A DNA stretch of 42,578 nt, taken from positions 1-42,578 of the forward strand of contig JADFYD010000003.1 in assembly GCA_015233235.1 (NCBI GenBank), in the 5' to 3' direction. Origin of the DNA: Candidatus Omnitrophota bacterium. GTDB taxonomy: Bacteria; Omnitrophota; Gorgyraeia; Tantalellales; Tantalellaceae. Every line of letters begins with the position of its first letter. Within the stretch, counting starts at the first letter, position 1. The position numbers were made by a program, and so were the translations under genes. Positions 28,178 to 36,638 of this stretch are shown here, piece by piece. The notes under the pieces are model-generated. The model saw only the letters and a program-made list of their open reading frames with translations. It did no database searches and was not told the origin of the DNA.

Positions 28178-30103
28178 ATGAAACATGGCAATAAATTTTT
28201 TTTTGCGCTACTGACAATCCTCGGATTTGCCGCTTACTCCAATTCCTTTCATAACGGTTTTCAGTTTGATGACAGCTTTTATATACTGGACAATCCGCTT
28301 ATAAGAAATCTCTCGCATCTTTTAGATTTATGGCGTTATAACCGTCCCAGGTTTTTATGTAATTTGACATTCGCGCTCAATTACAGGTTTGGCAGGTTTG
28401 ATGTCCTTGGATATCACGTAGTCAACTTTTTAATACACATGACCGCTTCTCTTTTTTTGTGGAGGATGGCCTACGCTGTGCTTTCGTCCCCAAAAATTAA
28501 AATTGGTGTTGAAAGAGAACATGCCGGGGCATTAGCTTTTTTGATAAGCGCTGTATTCCTCCTCCATCCGATCCAGACCCAGGCTGTAGACTATATCGCC
28601 CAAAGATTTATGTCTCTTGCTTCGGCGTTATACTTAGCAAGTGTTTTCTTTTTCATTAAATCAAGGCTGGCCGAGTCAGAAAAAGGCATCGGTCATATTC
28701 ATCTGTTCATATACGCGCTGTGTGTAGGTATTTTTGCCATGTTCGCAAAAGAGATATCGATAACGCTCCCGATCACTGTAGTTCTTTGTGAAGTATGTTT
28801 TTTACGCGGCATAGGTAAATATGGTTTTAGAAAGAGTATGTTTTTTCTATCGATGCTTTTTGTTATACCATTTATGTACGGTTTCTTTGCCGGTAAGGGG
28901 CTTAAAGATTTGCTGGGCATGTTAAGGATGACAACGAGTTACTCATTACACGATTATTTTCTTACAGAGATTAGGGTCCTTGTAACGTACATGCGGCTTC
29001 TTTTGCTTCCTGTAAACCAGAGTATATGTTATGACTACAGTCTTATCACAACGCCGTTCTGTCCGGCTTTTTTGTTCAGTGCATCCGCCATTCTTATATT
29101 TCTCGCTATGGGAGTGAAGCTTTTCAGCCGATACAGGCTAGTTTCTTTCGGAATATTCTGGTTTTTTATAACAATTCTGCCGCAATCAAGCTTTGTCGTT
29201 CTACAGGACCTTGTCTTTGAACACCGGGTGTATCTGGCAACTGCCGGTTACGCTTTTTTTGGGGTAGGGACCCTGTATTACATCTTTGGCAAAAATAAGA
29301 AGACCGTCATATTGCTTGCTGCATACTTTCTTATCATTTATTCGGTAATGACTTTTCACCGTAATTTCGCGTGGAAAAATTCTTTAACCTTATGGGATGA
29401 CGCGGTCAGAAAATTTCCGCATAGTTATGCGGCATATCAGAATAGGGGGGTCGGCTACAATATGGCCGGATATCCGGATAGAGCGTTTCAGGATTTTAAT
29501 AAGGCTATAGAAATTAACCCTGTAAGCGCGCTTTCCTATCTTAATCGAGGTCTTATTTATTTCCATCGCGGGAATATGGAAAAAGCTCTGGAAGATGACG
29601 ATAAAGCCATAAAATTAGCGGAGCATTACACAATAAAAACTACCGGTCATATAAATCGGGCATTGGTTTGGGAGAAACTCGGAAGAGACGAAAAGGCTTT
29701 GGACGATTACACAAGTGCTATTGCAACTGATAAGAATGACGTTAGGGCCTACAACCTTCGGGCCAGGCTCTATTATAAGGGCAACCATTTAGACGAATCT
29801 TTTGCCGACGCGGACAATGCTATCAAGATTGACCCGCTGAATTTTGAAGCATATGTTACGCGTGGTAACGTGTTTCTCTCCTGGAAAGCTTACGACAAGG
29901 CGATCAACGATTATAATAAAGCGATCTCTTTAAACAAAAATTATGCACATGCCTACAAAGACAGGGCCATTGTGTACTTTCTTCTTGGCCGTTATAATGA
30001 AAGCTGGAATGATGTAAAAAATGCCCAGGCATTAGGCGGCGTGGTGCCTAAGGATTTTCTAACCGAGCTCAAAAAAGCGTCCGGGCAGACTACCGCAATA
30101 TGA
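28178..30103 (+). CDS. Polytopic membrane protein with C-terminal TPR repeats (PMT/TMTC-like, DUF1736-type glycosyltransferase-like)
   Basis: I chose ATG 28178. The N-terminal AYSNSFHNGFQFDD motif and ~10 TM helices are followed by about six TPR units (e.g. AYQNRGVGYNMAGYPDRAFQDFNKAIEINP). Confidence 0.75.
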   Translation: MKHGNKFFFALLTILGFAAYSNSFHNGFQFDDSFYILDNPLIRNLSHLLDLWRYNRPRFLCNLTFALNYRFGRFDVLGYHVVNFLIHMTASLFLWRMAYAVLSSPKIKIGVEREHAGALAFLISAVFLLHPIQTQAVDYIAQRFMSLASALYLASVFFFIKSRLAESEKGIGHIHLFIYALCVGIFAMFAKEISITLPITVVLCEVCFLRGIGKYGFRKSMFFLSMLFVIPFMYGFFAGKGLKDLLGMLRMTTSYSLHDYFLTEIRVLVTYMRLLLLPVNQSICYDYSLITTPFCPAFLFSASAILIFLAMGVKLFSRYRLVSFGIFWFFITILPQSSFVVLQDLVFEHRVYLATAGYAFFGVGTLYYIFGKNKKTVILLAAYFLIIYSVMTFHRNFAWKNSLTLWDDAVRKFPHSYAAYQNRGVGYNMAGYPDRAFQDFNKAIEINPVSALSYLNRGLIYFHRGNMEKALEDDDKAIKLAEHYTIKTTGHINRALVWEKLGRDEKALDDYTSAIATDKNDVRAYNLRARLYYKGNHLDESFADADNAIKIDPLNFEAYVTRGNVFLSWKAYDKAINDYNKAISLNKNYAHAYKDRAIVYFLLGRYNESWNDVKNAQALGGVVPKDFLTELKKASGQTTAI

Positions 30104-30111
30104 CTTTCTTA

Positions 30112-30140
30112 TTGACTAAAAACCTGCAAAGCGATAAAAT
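30112..30140 (+). promoter_or_regulatory. Sigma70-type promoter for the giant acetate-kinase gene
   Basis: TTGACT (30112-30117), an exact 17-nt spacer, then TAAAAT (30135-30140). SD GAAGGA lies 5 nt before ATG 30200. Confidence 0.6.
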
Positions 30141-30199
30141 AACCTAAATTTGTAATGGCTAAACATTAACGCAACATACAAAACTCCAGAAGGAAAAAT

Positions 30200-33100
30200 A
30201 TGTATCGATGTTCTTTTGGTCGTGTGTTTTCAACATTTTTGTTAGTATTACTTTTTTTGTCAAATACCTTTTCAAGTGTTTCTGCTCAGGATTTTCTAGC
30301 GGTACCACTTGCTAGCTCACCGGGTCTTGTTGATAGGGGGACACGCGAGGCTGTTATCCAAACCGGGGACCCCGGCGCCATTGGTAATGGTAAACCGCTG
30401 ATAAATCTCGTAAAAAACGGTAAAAAAGGCCTGCCTAAACGTATACCCGTAAAGTCCGGAAGTAAAAATGTGGCGGATGCTGTACGACAAACCAGGGAGG
30501 CGTTGGATCTTGCCATTAAACTAGCCGTAAAAAAATCCGGCGCAGTCAGACCCGGACAGGCGATACTCGCCAAGGAGGCACTGGATAATCTGTACGAATT
30601 TGAGAGATCCTTCGCGAAAAAACTTTATCTCTACAACGCGGCAGATACCATAACAGGCCCGGAAGACTATTTGCTGGGGTTTAATTATGGCGGCAAAATA
30701 GGTCTTTCAGTAGAACTTATAGACATTTTGTACAATATCTCACCTTTAAGGCTTGCTCAGTATGTTTATCACGAATGTGTACCGGAGAGGTCAATAATAT
30801 TTCCTTCCGATGGTGCCGCTAATCTTGACAGGTTGGAACATCAGCGTATCTATAAGGAATTACAATCCGACATATTCGGCGTAGAAGAGGTCTTGGAGCT
30901 AAAAAAAGATTTAAGAAGCTTTATTGAACCATGTATTCTGATACTCAACTGCGGAAGCTCTACAGTGAAATATCAGGTTCTGAACGCCAGGACCTGGCAA
31001 GTGGTCGTCAAAGGCAATAAAGGTACTGCGGGACGAGGACATGCTGCTGTGCTAAAAGAAATATTGGAATCGCTTAAGGCGCGTCCGATCGCTGTCGGGC
31101 ACAGAGTGGTGCACGGGGGCAACAAGTACAGCAAATCCGTTCTGATAGATGGCGAAGTTGAGGCTGAAATAAAGCGTCTTTTTGAGCTTGCTCCGCTTCA
31201 TAATCCTCCGGCCGATGAGGGGATACAGGCCGCGAAAGCGTGTCTTCCCGGTGTGCCGCAGATCGCCGTTTTTGATACGGCTTTTCACCAAACGATGCCC
31301 ATTGAGGACTTTCTTTACGCAGTACCGCTCAAATTTTGTGAAAAGTATGGTCTTCGAAGATTCGGTTTTCATGGAACAAGTCATAGGTATGTTTACGCGA
31401 AAGCCGTGGATTGGCTTAAAAAAATGAAAAAGGGGCCGTACAAAAACGGTAAAGCAAATCGCTTGCCTAATGTCATAACGGTACACTTAGGTAACGGATC
31501 CAGCATCAGCGCCGTAAGGAACGGCAAGTGCATATTTAACAGTATGGGGCTTACGCCGCTTCAGGGGCTTATCATGGGTACTAGATCCGGGGACATTGAC
31601 CCCGCGCTTTTGACCAAAATAGTGAACGACGGGAAATTCGGACTTACGATACAAGACGTTGACCAGATACTCAACAAGGATAGCGGCATGCTGGGCGTGT
31701 CCGGTATGAATAGTGACTGTTGGACACTGGAATCCGCCGCATACGGGTATAGTGCCAGGTTTTTGCTTAAACAGTTCACCGATTCTTCGGAAAAAGGGAC
31801 TTTCAGGGAAATGCTTGCGGCGCTCAAGGGGCAGGGTCTTGAGGCCCATGATATCAAAACTTGGCGAGATTTTATCGGATATATTGAAAATCAAACATCA
31901 AAAGAAGAAGTTCGAATGCGTACGGTGCGGATGCTTGCGATGGAATATGTGCCGAACATGTTCTTTATTGAGGATCTGGCCTCTCTTGCGGATGGTAAAC
32001 TTAAAAGTTATTTGGATGGATATTTGTCCGGCAATACATATTCGAAGATCAAAAAAGACCTGGGCAAAAATGATATCAAAACGGGTCTGAATTATATGAA
32101 TTTTCTTATTGAAGAAGCGGGAAAAGGCGGATACGCACCAACGGACGTGGTTGACCTTTTCATGGTACTGGCCGCGAACGGGCACAACGTGCAAAAACTT
32201 TACGATAAAATGTTGCTGAGTGCAATGGGAGGGATAAAGACAGCGCTGGAGGAATTCGCGCCTCAGGTCGAAAGTACTAAAATACCAAAAGGGATCTATG
32301 TTTATTTGCTCCAAAACTCGGATCGACTCGGTTATGCACGAGAGGACGTCATGGACATATTTTTTGAGAACATATTTGACGGTGGTAACATGAAAGCTGA
32401 TCTCGCGCTAAGGATGTTTATAAGCAGGGTCATGGATTATATCCACTTGTGTTACGGAAAGCTTGGTACGTGCGACGCGATCGTGCTGACGGGAGGGATA
32501 GGCGAGACTAAGAACAAGGTTAGCGGACGGATAATCGAAAAAATACAGTATTTTATCAGAACTCAGATAAAACCTGACAAGGCTCCGTCTGTCCGGCAAA
32601 TACCCACTAACGAAGAACTTGTTATCGCGCAGGACACTATGAGCATAGTTAGAGCCGAAAAGGATAAAATAACGGCTGAGAAGGTAAAGTTTCGTAAGAG
32701 CTTCGATGTGTATGAGGGCGAAGCAAGGACTAATTTGCTTACCGATACGGATATCGAGTCCGGATGCGCACGGTTCAGGACAAATCTGGAAAATATGCTC
32801 TCGAAGGATCCGGAAAAAATATTTTTGTTTGCTCTTGATACTGACATCGGGTCTTTTGAGGGCGCGGAGATCATAAAATTATTCAAAATAATCGACAGCC
32901 TAGGCAATGCAACAAAAAACGGCGGAGAAAAAATGTACCCCAACCTCAGGGTCGTACGGGGCAGCGCGAGTGACAATACCGACCGGGGGTTAAAATCTGT
33001 TATTGGGAAGATCAAGTCTCGCGAGGGAAATTTTCTGAAAGATGAGAATATATTGTTACTGGTCAACGCTAAAAATATCAGGGAGTTTGACGCATTGTCC

Positions 33101-33385
33101 GGGCGGGCGCTCATTACCGCAATAAACGACTCTGGCCTCGACAATTTCAATTATATCCCTCTGGTGGAAATGGCGGCCATCGCATTTATGTCGGAGATCG
33201 GGACCGATATCGATAGTCTGAAAAATCTTATCGACCTTATATCAAAAGAACCCGTTGATGTCGTCGCCTTACGGGAAATGTTAAAGAATCGCATTATTAC
33301 CATAATCCCAAAACCCGCTCCTCTTGGGTATGAAGGCCTCAGGCAGCTATACGAACGCATGCAAGAGGTCTACTTCCGCGCATAA
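30200..33385 (+). CDS. 1061-aa chimeric acetate/propionate-kinase-family protein
   Basis: Module layout:
- Signal peptide MYRCSFGRVFSTFLLVLLFLSNTFSSVSA/QD.
- Unknown N-domain, aa 30-244.
- Ack core, aa ~245-512 and ~733-818.
- ~220-aa insertion, aa ~513-732.
- Unknown C-domain, aa ~819-1061.
Ack motifs present: ILILNCGSSTVKY, VGHRVVHGG, PLHNP, IAVFDTAFHQTMP, FGFHGTSHRY, VHLGNGSS, MGLTPLQGLIMGTRSGDIDP, IVLTGGIGE, IPTNEELVIA. Confidence 0.85.
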   Translation: MYRCSFGRVFSTFLLVLLFLSNTFSSVSAQDFLAVPLASSPGLVDRGTREAVIQTGDPGAIGNGKPLINLVKNGKKGLPKRIPVKSGSKNVADAVRQTREALDLAIKLAVKKSGAVRPGQAILAKEALDNLYEFERSFAKKLYLYNAADTITGPEDYLLGFNYGGKIGLSVELIDILYNISPLRLAQYVYHECVPERSIIFPSDGAANLDRLEHQRIYKELQSDIFGVEEVLELKKDLRSFIEPCILILNCGSSTVKYQVLNARTWQVVVKGNKGTAGRGHAAVLKEILESLKARPIAVGHRVVHGGNKYSKSVLIDGEVEAEIKRLFELAPLHNPPADEGIQAAKACLPGVPQIAVFDTAFHQTMPIEDFLYAVPLKFCEKYGLRRFGFHGTSHRYVYAKAVDWLKKMKKGPYKNGKANRLPNVITVHLGNGSSISAVRNGKCIFNSMGLTPLQGLIMGTRSGDIDPALLTKIVNDGKFGLTIQDVDQILNKDSGMLGVSGMNSDCWTLESAAYGYSARFLLKQFTDSSEKGTFREMLAALKGQGLEAHDIKTWRDFIGYIENQTSKEEVRMRTVRMLAMEYVPNMFFIEDLASLADGKLKSYLDGYLSGNTYSKIKKDLGKNDIKTGLNYMNFLIEEAGKGGYAPTDVVDLFMVLAANGHNVQKLYDKMLLSAMGGIKTALEEFAPQVESTKIPKGIYVYLLQNSDRLGYAREDVMDIFFENIFDGGNMKADLALRMFISRVMDYIHLCYGKLGTCDAIVLTGGIGETKNKVSGRIIEKIQYFIRTQIKPDKAPSVRQIPTNEELVIAQDTMSIVRAEKDKITAEKVKFRKSFDVYEGEARTNLLTDTDIESGCARFRTNLENMLSKDPEKIFLFALDTDIGSFEGAEIIKLFKIIDSLGNATKNGGEKMYPNLRVVRGSASDNTDRGLKSVIGKIKSREGNFLKDENILLLVNAKNIREFDALSGRALITAINDSGLDNFNYIPLVEMAAIAFMSEIGTDIDSLKNLIDLISKEPVDVVALREMLKNRIITIIPKPAPLGYEGLRQLYERMQEVYFRA

Positions 33386-33407
33386 CAACACTCCACGCAT
33401 AATAACA

Positions 33408-33454
33408 GTAGGGCACCCTTAAGGGTGCCCTACGATTGTTGATAACTCCATAAA
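33408..33454 (+). repeat. REP-like unit 1 (GTAG-headed palindrome + conserved tail)
   Basis: GTAGGGCACCC-TTAA-GGGTGCCCTAC (33408-33433) is followed by GATTGTTGATAACTCCATAAA. Confidence 0.8.
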
Positions 33455-33487
33455 GTAAGTATTTATAACTAGTTATGTGTAATTCTT

Positions 33488-33534
33488 GTAGCGCACCTTT
33501 AAGGGTGCGCTACTATTGTTCATAACTCCATAAA
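33488..33534 (+). repeat. REP-like unit 2
   Basis: GTAGCGCACCT-TTAA-GGGTGCGCTAC (33488-33513, one G-T pair) is followed by TATTGTTCATAACTCCATAAA. Confidence 0.8.
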
Positions 33535-33574
33535 TCGTTGTATCAAAATGAGATATCAAATGTATTGGATTGTT

Positions 33575-34057
33575 TTAAAACTCCAATTTGTCAATATGTA
33601 AAACGGAACAGTTTTTTTTATAATAGTGGTGATAGCTGGAATGCGGATAGTGATTTAAGTCCATGACTAGCTTATGTTTTACTGGATTGTTGTGAATGTA
33701 TTCCATTTTGTTCAATAACATTGTCTCACTTCGAATGCCTTCATCATAAAATCGTTTTTGCCATACAGGACCAATAATATTGTTCATTCTATTAAACCTT
33801 CTTGCAAGATCACCTTTGATCATTTGCATAATATACGATAAGTTATATTTACCGATGGGATGAATCAGAATATGGAGATGTTCCGGTAAAAGGCAATAAG
33901 CATATACTTTGTAGTCTAATGTTATTTTGAAGTACTCAATTGTTAGTAAAAGCAGGTTTACCGCCTTTTCGGAGACAAAAATATTTGTTCTATCGTTTGT
34001 CACGGTTGTTACAAAATAAATCGCTTTATCCTCAAAATGGCGTTTAATAGTACCCAT
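33575..34057 (-). CDS. REP-associated tyrosine transposase (RAYT; IS200/IS605-like Y1 HUH transposase)
   Basis: 160 aa. The HUH motif is in PEHLHILIHP, and the catalytic-Tyr motif is MEYIHNNPVKHKLV. The gene is flanked by GTAG-headed palindromes. By eye it is much more AT-rich than its neighbours. Confidence 0.85.
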   Translation of the reverse strand: MGTIKRHFEDKAIYFVTTVTNDRTNIFVSEKAVNLLLLTIEYFKITLDYKVYAYCLLPEHLHILIHPIGKYNLSYIMQMIKGDLARRFNRMNNIIGPVWQKRFYDEGIRSETMLLNKMEYIHNNPVKHKLVMDLNHYPHSSYHHYYKKNCSVLHIDKLEF

Positions 34058-34109
34058 ATAATTAGCCCCTTCTGTGTTTACATTTAGTATTGTTGTTTCA
34101 CGGAATTTA

Positions 34110-34155
34110 GTAGAGCACCCTTAAGGGTGCTCTACGATTGTTCATAACTTCGTAA
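34110..34155 (+). repeat. REP-like unit 3
   Basis: GTAGAGCACCC-TTAA-GGGTGCTCTAC (34110-34135) is followed by GATTGTTCATAACTTCGTAA. Confidence 0.8.
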
Positions 34156-34212
34156 CGTATATATTTGAAATAACTTGTGGACCATGTTTTAAAGGCAGAT
34201 GTCTATTATGAC

Positions 34213-35745
34213 TTAGCACCAGATGCCACGGTCCAACGAGCGATATCCGATCGCCTCCGATATGTGTTCGGCTTCTATGCCGGGAGATTCGTCCATATCG
34301 GCGATAGTCCTGGCAAGTTTTAAAATCTTATCATAAGCCCGTGCCGAAACACCAAGCTCGATAATGGCAGTTTTTAAGATCTCCTCCGCTTCCGTGGAAA
34401 GCGTGCAATATTTCTCGATCTCTTTGCCATTCATGTAGGCGTTGTAGGCGAGATGCGGTTTTTTGCCGGAAAACCTTTCGGTCTGTATCTTTATAGTTTT
34501 TATCACACGGCTTTTTACGGCCTCTGTTTTCTCGCCTTTTCTTTTTGCGGAAAGTTTTTGATAATCTATTCGGGCGACTTCGAGGTGTATATCTATACGG
34601 TCAAGAATGGGCCCGGATATTTTCGATAGATATCTTTGTATCTGGTACGGTGTGCACCTGCATTCTTTACGCGGATCCGTGAAATTTCCACAGGGGCACG
34701 GATTCATGGCTGAAATAAAAATAAAACGCGCGGGGTATTTTACGGTCTGTTCGACGCGGGCGACGGTTATTTCTCCCGCTTCTATCGGTTGTCGCAGTGT
34801 TTCTATAACGTCGCGACGGAATTCCGGGAATTCGTCCATGAAAAGCACGCCGTTATGAGCTAGGCTTATTTCACCGGGATTAGGGTAAGTGCCTCCGCCG
34901 GCTATGGCCGCATATGATATTGTGTGGTGAGGTGACCTGAATGGCCGTTCGCAAATAAAATCCGAACCCGCGAATTTCCCGGCTACACTGTAAACTTTCG
35001 TGGTTTCAAGCATTTCTTCTTCTGTCATATCCGGCAAAATGTACGGGAACCTTTTTGCCAGCATACTTTTTCCCGAACCGGGCGGACCGATCAAAAGAAC
35101 GTTGTGATTACCGCTTGCCGCGACTTCTAGACCCCGTTTCACGTATTCCTGACCTTTGACGTCTTCAAAGTCAGGCATATCCGAATTGATTTTAGGCTCT
35201 TCGGCGCGAAATTCTTCCGGCGATATTTTAACTGCGCCTGTAAGATGGTTGACGACATCTTTCAAGGATTCCGCTCCGATGACCTGGATGCCGTTATTTA
35301 AGCGGGATAGTTCGTGTACATTTGCTTTGGGGAGAATGAATGTTTTAAAACTGTCTTTTATGGATATAGCCAACGGCAAGGCTCCGTGGAATGGCTTCAG
35401 CTTTCCGTTTAATGAAAGCTCTCCGCAGAAAAGTTTATCACCCAGATCAATTTGCGGGATTATCCCGGTAGCTACCAATATCCCGACCGCAATAGGAAGG
35501 TCGAACCCCGAGCCTTCTTTTTTGATCCCGGCGGGAGAAAGGTTCACCGTGATCTTGTCGCTCGGGAACGGGTAATCCGAATTTTTTATAGCTGAACGTA
35601 TGCGGGCGCGACTTTCTTTTATGGCCACGTCGGGAAGCCCGATAATATTAAATGAGGGCAATTGACTGTAGGTGACGTCTGCCTCGACATCGATCGGATA
35701 TGCCTCGATACCGGCGAGACCGCCTGAAAGTATTTTAGATAACAT
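34213..35745 (-). CDS. comM: ComM/YifB-family Mg-chelatase-like AAA+ ATPase
   Basis: 510 aa. It has an N-terminal ChlI/Lon-like domain (GLAGIEAYPIDVE). Walker A is LLIGPPGSGKSMLAKR and Walker B is VLFMDEFPEF. A C-terminal Mg_chelatase_C-like region is present. Confidence 0.9.
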   Translation of the reverse strand: MLSKILSGGLAGIEAYPIDVEADVTYSQLPSFNIIGLPDVAIKESRARIRSAIKNSDYPFPSDKITVNLSPAGIKKEGSGFDLPIAVGILVATGIIPQIDLGDKLFCGELSLNGKLKPFHGALPLAISIKDSFKTFILPKANVHELSRLNNGIQVIGAESLKDVVNHLTGAVKISPEEFRAEEPKINSDMPDFEDVKGQEYVKRGLEVAASGNHNVLLIGPPGSGKSMLAKRFPYILPDMTEEEMLETTKVYSVAGKFAGSDFICERPFRSPHHTISYAAIAGGGTYPNPGEISLAHNGVLFMDEFPEFRRDVIETLRQPIEAGEITVARVEQTVKYPARFIFISAMNPCPCGNFTDPRKECRCTPYQIQRYLSKISGPILDRIDIHLEVARIDYQKLSAKRKGEKTEAVKSRVIKTIKIQTERFSGKKPHLAYNAYMNGKEIEKYCTLSTEAEEILKTAIIELGVSARAYDKILKLARTIADMDESPGIEAEHISEAIGYRSLDRGIWC

Positions 35746-35761
35746 AATTTTTTCTCCTTAT

Positions 35762-36154
35762 TTAATAATCCAAATAGCTGCCTTCCATATTCACGGCGCC
35801 GCGAATATGTTTGATCATTTTTGCCTTGCCGGATATATCGAGGTTTATTCCTATAGCGTCGATCCGGAACCTTTTGCCGCGGCAGTGCATTTGTTTCATG
35901 TATGAGAGGGCATTTTGTATCAACTTTGTTTTTTTATCTTCGGTAATGGAATAGAGCGGCATGGCGGGCTCGTCCGTAGTGAGGGTTTTTACTTCAATAA
36001 ATACGATCGTAGCGGCATGCCGCGCGATTATATCTATTTCGCCAAAAAATGTGCGAACGTTCCGGCCGATAATTTTGTAACCTCTGAATCTCAGATAATT
36101 TTCTGCAATTCGTTCACCGGTTTGGCCGACGGTTTGTTTATGCAGAGTGGGCAT
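35762..36154 (-). CDS. yraN: YraN-family (UPF0102) predicted endonuclease
   Basis: GERIAENYLRFRGYKIIGRNVRTFFGEIDIIARH...VFIEVKT matches the YraN pattern. I chose the internal ATG (36152-36154) preceded by SD GGAGGA. The track start 36259 would translate the heptamer repeat array. Confidence 0.85.
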   Translation of the reverse strand: MPTLHKQTVGQTGERIAENYLRFRGYKIIGRNVRTFFGEIDIIARHAATIVFIEVKTLTTDEPAMPLYSITEDKKTKLIQNALSYMKQMHCRGKRFRIDAIGINLDISGKAKMIKHIRGAVNMEGSYLDY

Positions 36155-36182
36155 GGATCCTCCTTGATTAACATTGGTGTCA

Positions 36183-36277
36183 GTCGTTAGTCGTTTGTCG
36201 TTAGTCGTTAGTTGAGTCCTTTTGCGTGTGTGTGCCAAACAAATTAAACTAACGACCAACGACTAACGACCAACGAC
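36183..36277. repeat. Two inverted heptamer arrays (GTCGTTR)x4.4 forming a 31-bp imperfect inverted repeat with a 33-nt loop
   Basis: The left arm is GTCGTTAGTCGTTTGTCGTTAGTCGTTAGTT (36183-36213). The reverse complement of the right arm (36247-36277) is GTCGTTGGTCGTTAGTCGTTGGTCGTTAGTT, giving 28/31 matches. The repeat lies between spoVG and yraN. Confidence 0.8.
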
Positions 36278-36282
36278 TAGCA

Positions 36283-36555
36283 CTATTTTTTTATTTCTCG
36301 CTTATACTCCTCCAGGATCGTTTGCTGGAGCTCTTTTCGCTGGTCCTGGGTCGTGGTGTAGAATGTTTCGTACCACTTGCCGTCCTTGCCGAGGTCGGAA
36401 GGCAGCCCCACGAACATCCCCTCCTTGCCGTCGACGATCTTGAACCCTTTCACGATGAAAGTGTCCGCGATCTTCACATCGCAGAACGCTTTCACCGCGC
36501 CGCTTCCGTCGAGTTTGTGCAGTCGTTCGATCACTACAGATTGTTTCTTGTCCAT
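36283..36555 (-). CDS. spoVG: SpoVG-family nucleic-acid-binding regulator
   Basis: 90 aa. GAVKAFCDVKIADTFIVKGFKIVDGKEGMFVGLPS is the classic SpoVG core. SD GGAGG lies upstream. Confidence 0.9.
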   Translation of the reverse strand: MDKKQSVVIERLHKLDGSGAVKAFCDVKIADTFIVKGFKIVDGKEGMFVGLPSDLGKDGKWYETFYTTTQDQRKELQQTILEEYKREIKK

Positions 36556-36580
36556 TTTGTCCTCCTTTTGGTTTTGGTTG

Positions 36581-36609
36581 ATTTTAGTAGCTCACATATA
36601 TATAGACAA
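36581..36609 (-). promoter_or_regulatory. Sigma70-type promoter for spoVG
   Basis: On the minus strand: TTGTCT (plus 36604-36609), a 17-nt spacer, then TAAAAT (plus 36581-36586). This lies ~25 nt upstream of the spoVG ATG. Confidence 0.5.
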
Positions 36610-36638
36610 TTTTCGGAGGCGGTTTCGTTCAAAAAAAA
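36599..36638 (-). promoter_or_regulatory. Conserved bipartite motif, copy B (TATATAGACAA-N12-GTTTCGTTCAAAAAA on the plus strand)
   Basis: Both boxes and the 12-nt spacer length are identical to copy A at 10178-10215. Both copies sit in divergent intergenic regions upstream of a minus-strand gene. Confidence 0.55.

Larger units (their letters stand above)
33408..34155 (-). mobile_element. REPtron: RAYT gene flanked by three REP-like units
   Basis: Two REP units lie on one side of the RAYT gene (33408-33534) and one on the other (34110-34155). All three tails are in the same plus-strand orientation. Confidence 0.75.

Noticed and set aside
30890-30935. An internal TTG start that would give a conventional-length cytoplasmic acetate kinase and make the N-terminal 230 aa a separate gene.
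   Set aside because: There is no stop codon between the N-domain and the ack core. The SD-like GAGG is only 2 nt from the TTG. The strong promoter/SD pair sits at 30112-30199. The insertion and C-terminal extension would remain unexplained anyway.
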